Shown: positions 10,153-20,054 of the stretch, in pieces
Numbering within the stretch: the first letter of the stretch is position 1
Layout of the letters: every line of letters begins with the position of its first letter
Assembly (NCBI GenBank): GCA_965206645.1
Contig: CBDBKE010000004.1
Coordinates: 2,080,001 to 2,144,000 of the forward strand
DNA: 64,000 nt
From: Terriglobia bacterium
Lineage (GTDB): Bacteria > Acidobacteriota > Terriglobia > JAJPHL01 > JAPKYU01
Direction: 5' to 3'
Notes under the pieces: generated by a model
The model's database searches: none
Told to the model about the DNA's origin: nothing
Seen by the model: the letters and a program-made list of their open reading frames with translations, nothing else
Program-made: the position numbers and the translations under genes

Positions 10153-10515
10153 TCACAATCCCCTGCTGTATACCGCAATTGAAGTCCGGTACGACTTGGC
10201 TCCGCCGTCAGCTCCTGAGCCTTCACCCACTCCTCCATTCTCACCGGCTGCGTCCCCGGCAAAATCGGGCGAATCTGCTTCGGAAAGCCCCTGCCATTCC
10301 TGATCGAAGAGCGCGTGCCATTCTCCGGAAAACTCATCGTCGGGACCGGCGAGACCTTCGCGTTCGTAATGGCGTGCGATCGCCCCTGCGATCCAGGCGG
10401 CTTGTTCCGACAAGGAGAGGAGTGTCAGCTCCTCCCCCTCGTCGGTTTCTTCATCGTCACCGAAGTCATCCGCGAGGTCTGGAAGTTCAGGTTCGTCGAA
10501 TAGGAACTCATCCAT
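10153..10515 (-). CDS. Highly acidic hypothetical protein
   Basis: 120-aa ORF with good RBS (AAGGAG), D/E-rich N-terminus, 4 bp after the upstream stop. Confidence 0.5.
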   Translation of the reverse strand: MDEFLFDEPELPDLADDFGDDEETDEGEELTLLSLSEQAAWIAGAIARHYEREGLAGPDDEFSGEWHALFDQEWQGLSEADSPDFAGDAAGENGGVGEGSGADGGAKSYRTSIAVYSRGL

Positions 10516-10519
10516 CTCC

Positions 10520-10693
10520 TTACTCCTTGGTTTGGGTCGCCTGATTGTTTTGGCCGCCGTTCAGAATTGCGAGCGCCTTCATGTGATTCCGGATTTTGGT
10601 CTTCTTGTTCTTTTCAGCAAGCTTCAGTTCATCAAGTTCGCGTTCGAGGCGTTCGATTGCCGACTGAATGTCGGCGGTGATTTCTTCTGGCAT
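10520..10693 (-). CDS. Small coiled-coil hypothetical protein
   Basis: MPEEITADIQSAIERLERELDELK.. preceded by AAAAGGAG RBS. Confidence 0.55.
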   Translation of the reverse strand: MPEEITADIQSAIERLERELDELKLAEKNKKTKIRNHMKALAILNGGQNNQATQTKE

Positions 10694-10960
10694 CGTTGGC
10701 TCCTTTTGTTGATAGATTTGCGATCGGACGGTGTTGGTCCCGAGCCGCAAACGGCCCAGGACCGCAATAGACGGAGATCTACAAACGGGCGGTCCCCGGA
10801 TCGGATGATGCCTGCGATATGGATCGGAAAGGTGAGGTAGTACGTGCTCCATTTGTGCTCCATTAAGAGGAGCCTTGGAGCAAGCTGCTGAAACTACAGG
10901 GCGTCAGATTGGCCGAAAGTGAGCGCCATGGACGCTATGTTTTTTATTTTCAATCTAAGC

Positions 10961-11010
<50 letters not shown>

Positions 11011-11099
11011 TCTTTCCAATAACTTAGGAAGCCCTGCCACAACGGCCTGCTCCAAAATGCTCCATTAAGTGTTTACATCACCTGAAGAGCCGCCTCCAG

Positions 11100-11300
11100 G
11101 GTGCTGTCAAGTTAGCGTGAATGGCGCGTGTCGGTCCCTCGAAGGCTGACTGTCCCCAGGGTTTAGCAGGCGCACGTCACCTCACGCCAAACCTCGAAGG
11201 AGCGAGTTCTCAGCAGGCGATGGTTGACGGCCCGCATCAGGTGACGTCCGACGCGGAAGAGATTGAGCGCGAGTCCGTGCACCGACAGGAAGCGTTGCTC
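11100..11300 (+). mobile_element. IS6-type terminal IR with adjacent relic sequence
   Basis: GGTGCTGTCAAGTT at 11100 resembles the MITE IR at 9161; no partner end or transposase seen. Confidence 0.4.
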
Positions 11301-11794
11301 AATCTGCATCATTAGTGTCCTCTTCTTAAGGACTGCCCGGTTTTAACGGCTGGCGTGCATTCCGAGTTCTCACGCCGGGAACCTGACAGTCCGGTTCTCC
11401 CTTCTAATAGCTAATGTGAAATCGAGATCAAAAACGGCTCAGGAAAATGAACCGATTCCGGGTGGCCCTCTGCCGCTTCGTCGGCCGGGTGGATATAGAC
11501 TCTAATTGTGATTTATCGACGTATGTTGTTGAGCGTAGCGGAGTGTTCGATACTCGCGATCATCTGTTCATGCAGGTCGGCACGCTGGGGGAAACATGGC
11601 GAGGCAGGGCGTTCGAGCTTTTCTATGCTAGTCGGGAAAGTGCTTAACCCCGAACTCCCTAACCCGTGCTTGCAAGGCCGGACGGGCTTCGGTTGTCTTG
11701 GTGATGACGCAAGTGATGAAGTTCGCCTTATTCCAGCCGTGGGCTTGATTGCGGTTGCAAGTCTCTGAGCAGAAGACGTTGCCTCAGATTCAGT

Positions 11795-11940
11795 GGATAG
11801 GTCCCCACTAGCCTCCGACTGACACAGGCCAGACAGCACCAAGGAGGAACGGGGTTAGTTAGTTCCTCAGGAGTCGGCTAGAGTTTACCTATGGTGCCAC
11901 GCAGGCCACTTGGATGTATAACGCCCTAACCGGACAAGTG
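11795..11940 (+). repeat. Twin-34-bp-site element, copy A (first subsite split by an insert)
   Basis: ATAGGTCCCCACTA|~60 bp|GTCGGCTAGAGTTTACCTAT, then CACTTGGATGTATAACGCCCTAACCGGACAAGTG. Confidence 0.75.
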
Positions 11941-12180
11941 CCTAGATTCCCTTCGGGGAAGTATGACCTGGCGCACAAGGCCGATAATCTCCACAAACTG
12001 TGGCAGTACTCACCTATGTTCCAGCCGGGCAAGCTAAAAGACCCTACTACCATGATTACCTCCCGCTTTGCCGGCGGGCCGCAGCGTTCGGGATTCGATT
12101 CAGTGACTACACCGAGGCCGACTGAGCTTGCCGGAGAACTTGCACGGCACCTCCTTGACCAACCCGGACACGGTCCCGTA

Positions 12181-12690
12181 TCAGCCTCTAAAGCTCGGGA
12201 TCTGCGATCCACACTGCCGCGCGTGCACTACCTGCCCGTACACATCGGCGGGCACGGACGGCCCCTTGCGAGTGCAATGCTGACGGTAAGCCTTCTCAAG
12301 CTCTCCGGCGATCTCATCAGGCGTCATGCGCTCGATGTGCCGACGCTCCAGCGCGTAGACAAACGCGCCGTCCTTGAACAGGGCGACGGACGGCGACGAT
12401 GGCGCAACCTCCGGCATGCGCTCGCGCGCGCGTTGGGTCGCCTCCATATCGACCCCCGCAAAAACCGTGGTCAAGTGATCCGGGATGACAGCGGCCTGCA
12501 GCGCCTGGGTGACCCCGGGTCGGGCGCCTCCAGCCGCACAGCCGCAGATGGAGTTTACGACAATGAGCGTGGTTCCAGGCTTGCCAAGAGCCTCATCAAC
12601 ATCGGCAGCGGTCTTAAGCGGTGTGACGCCACATTGCGCCAGCTCCTCCCACATCGGCCGCACTGCTTCCGGATCATACAAAGGCTGCAT
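12181..12690 (-). CDS. BrxA/BrxB (YphP/YqiW) family bacilliredoxin-like disulfide oxidoreductase
   Basis: VVNSICGCAAGGARP, TVFAGVD.EAT..AR and PSSPSVALFKDG family motifs. Confidence 0.9.
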   Translation of the reverse strand: MQPLYDPEAVRPMWEELAQCGVTPLKTAADVDEALGKPGTTLIVVNSICGCAAGGARPGVTQALQAAVIPDHLTTVFAGVDMEATQRARERMPEVAPSSPSVALFKDGAFVYALERRHIERMTPDEIAGELEKAYRQHCTRKGPSVPADVYGQVVHARQCGSQIPSFRG

Positions 12691-13169
12691 ACGAAACTCC
12701 CTCCATTTTGGTTTCTGCACTCTCTCGGGCGCTCGGGCTAAAACAGCGTCGAGCCCACCGCCATCACAAGAACCTATTAAGTATAACTCTTCGGTCACCG
12801 TTAAGATACTGCATATCGGGCAACTGCGCGATCACGAGGCTCAATGGGCTTCCGGCAGCTCGGGAATGGTGACAAGAGAGGAAGGCCATATTAGTGCAGA
12901 TGCACGCCAAAGCATGACCATAACAACTGCTGCAAGGACCCAACTCCGGCGAAACGGTCCCGGTAGAACGCTGCTTTGGATCACGACAGGCCCCCTTTGC
13001 AAAGAGCCACTGCCCGCACTCGTTTCTCAACTGAGGCCAATATCCGTCTGCGCTCTCTCGCCGAGGATCCGATATCGATCAACAGGCCCAAGTCCGCCGA
13101 ACCGGGGCGCTCAGCGGCGGCGTGACGTGCCGTCCGCTGCAGCGCGTTGTTGGACGGCGTCGTCCCTCA

Positions 13170-13360
13170 CTCCACAACCCTTCCTGCTCTTGCCGGGCAA
13201 GGACTAGCTCCCTCGGAAGGTCACTGGATTTATGCCTATGTAAGGCCGAAGCTGATGTTCCGAAACGGCGGGCAACGCTCCGCAAAGCTGTCCCGTTAAC
13301 CAGGGCAACCTCGATCTCCCTTCTAGCGGGGTGTTTACAGATGCTGCATTCCCTCGCCAA
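13170..13360 (-). pseudogene. Phage-type CxxC-HTH protein fragment (terminase small subunit-like)
   Basis: CSICKHPARREIEVALVNG.ALRSVARRFGTSASALHRHK pattern; degenerates afterwards. Confidence 0.45.
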
Positions 13361-13707
13361 CTTTGGACCTCCTCGTTTTGAAAATCTCAAACAATCGTTC
13401 AGACCTGTCGTCTAGGGGGTTTGATGCGCCTATCGGCGGGAAGGCTTCCATCCTACCAACAGGTTATAGGGGATTACCCGATAGGAAAATCAGGTGGGCA
13501 CGATTGGTGGGAACGGCCAGCGGTGAGGGGCCAGAATTTTCCTCTGAACGCTTCTCCATCGAAGGTGCAGTTTCGTGAGTTTCTATGAGGAATTACGAGG
13601 CTAGTCATCGTCACCTGGGCATGCACAACCCGCCCCCCTGGCCATTCCGACGCTCCTCAGGGGGAGATCCGCCCGAGTTTGAGTGACTGCTTTCGGCCAG
13701 AAGCGGA

Positions 13708-13771
13708 CATTAACGATTGAGCTCAGCCGCCCCGAGCGAAGCGAGGGGTCGGCTGGAGCGACTTGTTGTGC
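13708..13771 (-). mobile_element. Integron attC site (solo cassette, no intI in window)
   Basis: Minus strand GCACAAC-AAGTCGCTCCAGCCGAC..GCGGCTGAGCTCAATC-GTTAATG; R''/L''/L'/R' layout, 16 bp after the VOC gene stop. Confidence 0.8.
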
Positions 13772-13787
13772 TGCCCATAGGATCATG

Positions 13788-14156
13788 TCAATTCGAACTT
13801 TTCTTGACGTTGTCCACGACGTCCTCCATTGACTTTTGCTTATCAATGGGTTTCGTAAAGACGAGACGATAGCCATCCAGGTCGAACACAGTGATCTCAC
13901 GCGCGTTCCACGGCTGGTTAACTGGCCCACTAGCGATGCTTCCGCCCTTGCCGGCAATCTTAGCCGCAAGATTGTCCACTGAGCCTTGCGTCATGGCAAA
14001 GGTCAGACTCACTCCAACGCCCTTCGCTTCTGAAGTTTGACTGATGTCAGAAACGAGAAGCACGTCAGCATACTTGGCCCATCGCAGATGAATGAGAACC
14101 GGCGCACCAGTCGGGCCGGGCATCTCAAAGACAAGCTGAAAACCCAGCACGTCTTG
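13788..14156 (-). CDS. VOC/glyoxalase family protein (cassette gene, 5' end probably damaged)
   Basis: QDVLGF..PVNQPWNAREITVFDLDGYRLVF; the first ~23 residues of the ORF-track call do not look like the family. Confidence 0.75.
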   Translation of the reverse strand, partial: QDVLGFQLVFEMPGPTGAPVLIHLRWAKYADVLLVSDISQTSEAKGVGVSLTFAMTQGSVDNLAAKIAGKGGSIASGPVNQPWNAREITVFDLDGYRLVFTKPIDKQKSMEDVVDNVKKSSN

Positions 14157-14683
14157 ATTAGGAATTACCACCATTAGTGTGCTTTTGCTCAGTATTACGG
14201 CGAAAGACTGTTGCTGGGATAGCAACGATCAATCGCTCAGCGCCTCTCTCAGCCGACGACCGGACCGGGGAAGGCCCAGGGCTCGGCCTGGGCGAGTACG
14301 TGGCGCACACGGCGAATCTAGCCCGCGCCGAATGGCGCATCCACGGCGCGCCGCACGTCCTCCGAGCTCCTAGCCGTTCTCCAGCATGTATGGTTCAAGC
14401 TTCAGCCATTTGATGGATTCTAAGCACTTAAATGGGAATCTTCATTCTCATCATCTGGCACTTCCACGAGAAAACTCTACCAGCAGCAAGATAGAAATAC
14501 CTACTCGGCTTGGACTGAAAGCTCTGCGGGAGAGACAGTTCTGCCGAGTCCGGTGCAACTCATGCTCTTTCAGAGACTTGCATTACCGGCCCCTCTAGCG
14601 GGACAAGTGGAGAGTTTAACATCCCGATTCTGGGCCAGGCCTTGCACGAGGCGTGCTTAAGGCCCGTCAGCATTTCTCGGCCG

Positions 14684-15286
14684 TCACTTGGCTTCCGCTG
14701 CCAACAGGTTCTCGAACGCCACCTGCAGCTTTTCGTGACTGCCGATAATCGTGCGGCCCCAGGTGATCATGTGGGAGGGCGCATCTTCCGCTGGGTCGGG
14801 CCACCTGGCGGGCCGGCCGTAGAGAAAGAAGGCGTCCCACTCGACGCGATCGGAGCCGGGACGAGTCACGTGGGAGGCGTACCAGCGGCCCGCGACTTTT
14901 TGCGCGTCCCAGAAGTGGGTCACCCGGGAGTCGGCGAGCCTGTCGGTGGGCCACTCCGAACGGGCATCGGTGGGAATCATGTTGAACCACACGGCATACA
15001 CCGCAACGTCCAGCTTGGGATTTTTCTCCAGGATCTTTTTCTGCACCCACCGGGTGCCGGCCGTGCAGACGGGTCACGTGGGAGAAAGCAGCAGCACAAT
15101 GCGGATCTTCCCCTCGTCGCGGTTGAAGGTGGCCTGAAGATCCTCGACCCGCGCCAGGGTGTTCAGCCGCGTATCCTCCGCGGCCCAGAGGTCGCGAACC
15201 GGCGGCAACGAAGACAGAAGAGAGATGGCAACCAGCACGAAGGTCCAGGGACGGCCGTGGCGCATGTTTCGGGCTTTGTTCATCAT
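14684..15286 (-). CDS. Putative secreted thioredoxin-like selenoprotein (SPT-U-PVC)
   Basis: In-frame TGA at 15074-15076 inside LLSPT*PVC; both flanking ORFs share a frame; SECIS-like hairpin at 15040-15069; RBS GGAGAG before ATG 15286. Confidence 0.75.
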
Positions 15287-15499
15287 GGTTCTCTCCATCT
15301 TGGTTCTCTGCAACGCGTCCGATGCACGGTAAGAGTCCCCTTATCCCCTCTTCCGGGTAGTTTCCCACCTATCCAGGCGGGTCAGGCCGCCTCCTCAACC
15401 ATGCTCCGCAACTTCGTGCCCTTGTACTTGCCCCAGCACGTGGGACATGGCCCGTACTTCTCAGCCTGGGGTGGCGGCGATTCCCGCTACGATGAATGA

Positions 15500-17159
15500 G
15501 CCGGAATTTCCATTTTGAGCTTCCCCTTCACCCGAAAACCTATGCCTCTTACCCTGTCGTGTCAATCGCAAATCGCCCGGGCCTCTTTGAGGTGGTAGTG
15601 CGGCACATTTTGGCTGTTCTTCGGAGTCGCTGTGCGGGTTTCGCCTGCCCAGCCTGCCTCGCCGCTGACACTTGTCCGGCCCGACCACTTCTGAGCACCT
15701 AAAATTACCCTCTCTCCTGGGTCGCTAGCCGTCTGGCAGCGGCAGTGCCGAGATCGTTCGCAGCATGCTGCTGAACAGCCTCCGGCTCAAGTGCCCTTCG
15801 GCCAGCAAAAGCCAGTAATATCGCGCATGTTTCACCAGCCGTCCTCCCGTTTTCACCAGCCGCTGCTGCAAACTCGTCAGCGACCAGTTGTTGATCCTCT
15901 TCGGTAGCACCAGCCGCCGCCACAGGTTTCCCAAGTTGTAGGCGATCAGGCTCAGCCATAGGCGCACCTCGTTCGACCGAAACCGATGGCAACTCAGCCG
16001 GGTCATCTTTACCGCCTGCTTGCCTTCCTTGATCCATTGCTCTGCGGTGCCCCGCTTGTTGTAGAACCGGACCACCGCCCGGCTGTCGGTCTCCAGATTG
16101 GTGACGATGAACCCCACGCGAGGGAACAGTTCGCCAAAGTGGAACTCCACCTTCGCCACCACCCGCCGCGCCTTTTTCCAACTGGCTGCCTGGTAGAGAA
16201 AGCTCTTGTGCCAGACCACCGGCTTGTGGCTCGGTCGCCCCACTGACCGCGTCAACAACTCCGCGATGTCCCTCTCCAGACTGTCGTTGGCCGGGATGCG
16301 AATCGCATACTTCACGTCCCGCTCCTCCAGTGCGTCGTAGATCTCCGGCTTGGCGAAGGCGGCGTCGGCGCGAAACACCACTTCCTTGCCCAGCTTCTGC
16401 TGCCGTTCGATCTCTGGCAGGAGAAGTTCTTCCCAATCCTCGGCGCTGTGCACGTTGCCGGGTCGCAGCTTGGCCGCCAGACAGTCACCCTCGCGACTGA
16501 ACAGCAACAACGGGTGATAGCAACTCGACTCGAAATGCCCGTTGTAGGCGCTCTGCTCCTGTTCGCCGTAGACCGGGATCTCGGTGCTGTCCATGTCCAG
16601 CACCACCCGGCGCGGCCCATCCATAGCTTCCGCCCTGGCGATCAAATCCCGGTTGATCGCTGCCAAACCAGCAAGGTTCTCGTCTTGCGTCAGCAGTTCT
16701 GTCTCGAACGACTGTAACCGGGAAGTCAGGGCTGCGCCACGTTCCCAGATCTTCTCCGAACCGATCAGCCGGAACGTCGGATCTTGGGAAAGCCGCTCGG
16801 CGTCGTTGACGTCTTCGTATCCTGCCAAGCGGCTGTAGATGGACTGCCGCAGCAAGTCAGCGAGGGGCAACCGGGTGTTCTTCCCCCGAGAGTCGATCAA
16901 GTGCTGTTCGATAAGTTCGCCGAACCCCAAACGTTCGTCCAACTCGCGCACCACAATCAGACCGCCGTCGGAAGTGATTCGCGATCCCTGAAATGTGACC
17001 CGCAGAAACCGGTTGAATGACAGTTGAAACGCCTGTTTTTGGCTCTCACCCATTCGGTGTACACCTCCGGAAGGCAATGTTGATGCTGGAACCCGCATCA
17101 ATACTGACGTTGGAGTCATTCAGAAGGTTGCCGCCGATAGTTCATAAAGGAAATCCGGG
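15500..17159 (-). mobile_element. IS1380-family element
   Basis: Ends CCCGGATTTCC / GGAAATTCCGGC enclosing one transposase gene. Confidence 0.85.
15725..17053 (-). CDS. IS1380-family transposase
   Basis: ITSDGGL, GYEDVNDAERL..DP, LDMDSTE, YNGHF..YHPL, FRADAAF, YNKRGTAEQWIKEGK. Confidence 0.95.
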   Translation of the reverse strand: MGESQKQAFQLSFNRFLRVTFQGSRITSDGGLIVVRELDERLGFGELIEQHLIDSRGKNTRLPLADLLRQSIYSRLAGYEDVNDAERLSQDPTFRLIGSEKIWERGAALTSRLQSFETELLTQDENLAGLAAINRDLIARAEAMDGPRRVVLDMDSTEIPVYGEQEQSAYNGHFESSCYHPLLLFSREGDCLAAKLRPGNVHSAEDWEELLLPEIERQQKLGKEVVFRADAAFAKPEIYDALEERDVKYAIRIPANDSLERDIAELLTRSVGRPSHKPVVWHKSFLYQAASWKKARRVVAKVEFHFGELFPRVGFIVTNLETDSRAVVRFYNKRGTAEQWIKEGKQAVKMTRLSCHRFRSNEVRLWLSLIAYNLGNLWRRLVLPKRINNWSLTSLQQRLVKTGGRLVKHARYYWLLLAEGHLSRRLFSSMLRTISALPLPDG

Positions 17160-17534
17160 TTGATACCAACGCGAGGAGACAGCCAAATCTCGAACGGCCA
17201 GCATTGGAAAGGACGGCATCGGATAGAACTCAATTTCCATACTCATAATGATTCCTTGTATTGGCACCGCACGCAAGCAGCACAACGGATAAAGTTTTAT
17301 CCAGCATGCCTCGATCTATAGGAAAATCAAAAACCGATTTCTGATGCGAATCGGGCGCAGTCGGCCAGCATCCGGTAGCGAAGTGCCCGCGCGCTATGAG
17401 GGGGGTGCCGCCGTCACTCGCGCCTTGAAGATTGTCCGTAGCGGCCCGGAAGAGCCGGCAGCCTTGAGCCGAAATTTCCGATTTGAGCTTTCCCTCGCCC
17501 GAAAGCATACACCCGCCGCCCTGTCGCGACTGTT

Positions 17535-17970
17535 GCGGTTCAGCAACGTGTCCCCAGTTTTGTAGAGGACGCCCACGCCGCCGCCACCCAGCTTCTCCAG
17601 AATGGGGTAGTGGCCGACCGTGTGGCCGATCATGGGAAGAACCCCCGTCTTGGCAGCAATCCTACGCCCCACCCGCAGGCAAGTCAACGTGCCAACCTCG
17701 ACCCGAACAGTCCCGCTGGTGATCACCCAGGACGGCGTCCCCAGCAACACCTTCACCCTCACCGTGCAATAGCGGCAGGGCCTACGAGATATGCAAGGTT
17801 GCATAAGTCTGACCCTCCCTCTAGGCAGAGTCGCCGATTAAGGGACGGCGGGAAGTTCATGCGCCGCAGCAGTTCCTGGAAGCGGGGGTCGGAGGCCAGA
17901 CGACAGATCACTTTTGTCCGGTGGGGACGAGGCGCTTCAGCTTCACGAACCAGTTGAGCCCGATGTTGAT
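17535..17970 (-). pseudogene. Three disjoint scraps of Ser/Thr protein kinase genes
   Basis: INIGLNWFVKLKRLVPTGQK* (17908-17970), LASDPRFQELLRRMNFPP (~17840-17900) and MIGHTVGHYPILEKLGGGGVGVLYK (17633-17535). Confidence 0.7.
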
Positions 17971-17985
17971 TTGCAAAGCTAGTAG

Positions 17986-19353
17986 CTACTTCGCAACTCG
18001 CAATAACAATAGTCGCCGTAGAAAGACCAGGTATGATACTACGGCGGTGAAGGCTAGGGCTGGCAGCACAAACCCACTCACCCCACCCAACATCGCCACG
18101 AACAGGCGGCCATCGCGATTGGGCAGAAGATAACGAGACCATGCGTCGTCGGCTTGACTGGTAAAGGAGCAACCGAAGGCGATTCGGTAGCGATCTTTGA
18201 ACGCCATCGACAGAGGGACACCCAACAGGGCAGCCGCAGTCACTAAGAGCGGGGCCCAGCCGGGCGAGAGCGTGTAACTGTAGTAGCCCATCGCCAACAC
18301 GATGAGCCCATCAGCGTAGCGGTCAAGCAAAGAATCCAAAAGGGTGCCAAAGGCCGACGTTCTTAGTTTCAGCCGAGCCAGTTCGCCGTCCACGCCGTCC
18401 ACAATCGACGCCAGTTGCACGGTCAGTCCGGCCCATAGCGGTTCTCGGACTGCAAACAGTACAGCTCCCGCCAGCGCCATGAGGAAAGAAGCAATGGTTA
18501 CCTGATTTGGCGTGACCGCAGTTCGTGAGAACCAAGCGGTGATGGGGCGCGAGAATTTCCGGTTAATGTGGCGAGCGACCAGGCCGTCGCCGGGGCTGGC
18601 CAGAGACGTAAGAAGTCTCTTCTTGGCATTCTGGTAGTCGGCCGGGGTGTCGATGTCCTGCCAGGACCCTTCCCTGAGGGGGACGTTGGCTAAGCCGTGC
18701 TGCTCGGCGAGACAGCGGCAGCCGCCTGTAAGAGAATTGTCTCCCGCAGCAAAAGACGTTTCCAGAGCCGAAAAGATGGCTGGGGTGAAGACAAACAGGC
18801 CACAGTCGACACCGTGGTCTCTTTCCAGCCCCTTGCCGATGGCGCAAACTTCACCGTCATCCGAAACGCGGACGTAGGTGGCGTCTTCCTTATCCACTTC
18901 GACGTTAGGGGAGAAATCCACCAGCATATGTGCGTGACCATTGTCGGGGACCCGGAGCAAGAAATCACGCAGCGTGTTCACCTCAAACAGATGGTCAGCC
19001 ATCAACACAAGGAAGCGGGCTTCATCGCTCACTGCCGCCTGGGCCCGCATCAAGGAGACCCCATTGCCCAACCTCCAGTCGGGAGTTGGCAGGCAGCGGA
19101 CATTGAGGCCGTCGCAATCCAGCTGCCCCACCGCCTCTTCAATCGCATCGCCCTGGCAGCCCACCACCAAGAGGACATCCAAGATGCCCACTTCCTTCAA
19201 GGCACGCAGGTTGCGGGCGAGCAGGGTGAGTCCCAACAGGTTCACCAGGCACTTCGGCTTTCCGTTCGTCACCTGGCGCAAGCGGTGTCCACCACCGGCG
19301 CCCAGCATCACAGCGGTGCGGATGCTAGTGCCCTGCTTTTCGGCTAGTTTCAT
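17986..19353 (-). CDS. Bifunctional NTP transferase / CDP-alcohol phosphotransferase (IPCT/DIPPS-like)
   Basis: N-terminal LGAGGGHRL..PKCL and WQDIDTP; C-terminal DGVDGELARLK..FG.LLDSLLDRYAD with TM helices. Confidence 0.85.
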   Translation of the reverse strand: MKLAEKQGTSIRTAVMLGAGGGHRLRQVTNGKPKCLVNLLGLTLLARNLRALKEVGILDVLLVVGCQGDAIEEAVGQLDCDGLNVRCLPTPDWRLGNGVSLMRAQAAVSDEARFLVLMADHLFEVNTLRDFLLRVPDNGHAHMLVDFSPNVEVDKEDATYVRVSDDGEVCAIGKGLERDHGVDCGLFVFTPAIFSALETSFAAGDNSLTGGCRCLAEQHGLANVPLREGSWQDIDTPADYQNAKKRLLTSLASPGDGLVARHINRKFSRPITAWFSRTAVTPNQVTIASFLMALAGAVLFAVREPLWAGLTVQLASIVDGVDGELARLKLRTSAFGTLLDSLLDRYADGLIVLAMGYYSYTLSPGWAPLLVTAAALLGVPLSMAFKDRYRIAFGCSFTSQADDAWSRYLLPNRDGRLFVAMLGGVSGFVLPALAFTAVVSYLVFLRRLLLLRVAK

Positions 19354-19791
19354 ACACAAAGATGAACCGCCCCGGCCGTAATTCAGCAAGTCGAGGTTGA
19401 AAGACAACACTGAACATCTTGATTCGCGTGTGTCATGGGGACTATAGGGGATGAGGGTGAGGGAGTGGGTCGAGAGGGGGCTATGGTGCGACTCTCTTCT
19501 CTCCGCAACAGATCGCGTCCTCCGACAGCAACGCCGACCCACCAATGGAGAGGAATTTCCAGGGGCTGCTCGGAATTCAAGTGGCGCGAACAACTGCGCC
19601 AACCTCGGTGGGAGGCGCGCGGCCCATCCTGGCCGCGGAGCAATTTTGTCATCAACTCAGGCGCTAACTCTACTTTCCGTATAGGGATGGCTGCAACGGG
19701 CGCAGCCCAACAGGCCGAACTTTACCTTACCTTGGCGAAACAGCGAGCAAGAATACCATCGCCTCGCGGCCGGTGTAAAGGAAAAGGTGAG

Positions 19792-19890
19792 TTAGCGGTT
19801 GATATCTCTGTGCACCACCTTGGTGCTGAGGCTGGCTTCCGACAGGCGCTTACGGATGGTTTCTGCCAGTGTCACCGAGCGGTGCTGCCC
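19792..19890 (-). pseudogene. C-terminal scrap of RNase adapter RapZ/YvcJ
   Basis: Manual translation GQHRSVTLAETIRKRL..VVHRDINR*. Confidence 0.7.
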
Positions 19891-20054
19891 GGCGTGCCCC
19901 CGAGCGTAGCTTGCGGAACATGGCGGGAAGCTGCCCCAAGGCTCCTCGCTCCCGGATGTCCATCACTAGGGCCGCTTAGTCAAGAGGATGGAGTTCGGCC
20001 TAGGATAAATTCAGGTGGATTTATAGGGAAGTGGGTGTCGTACCGACTTGTCGG

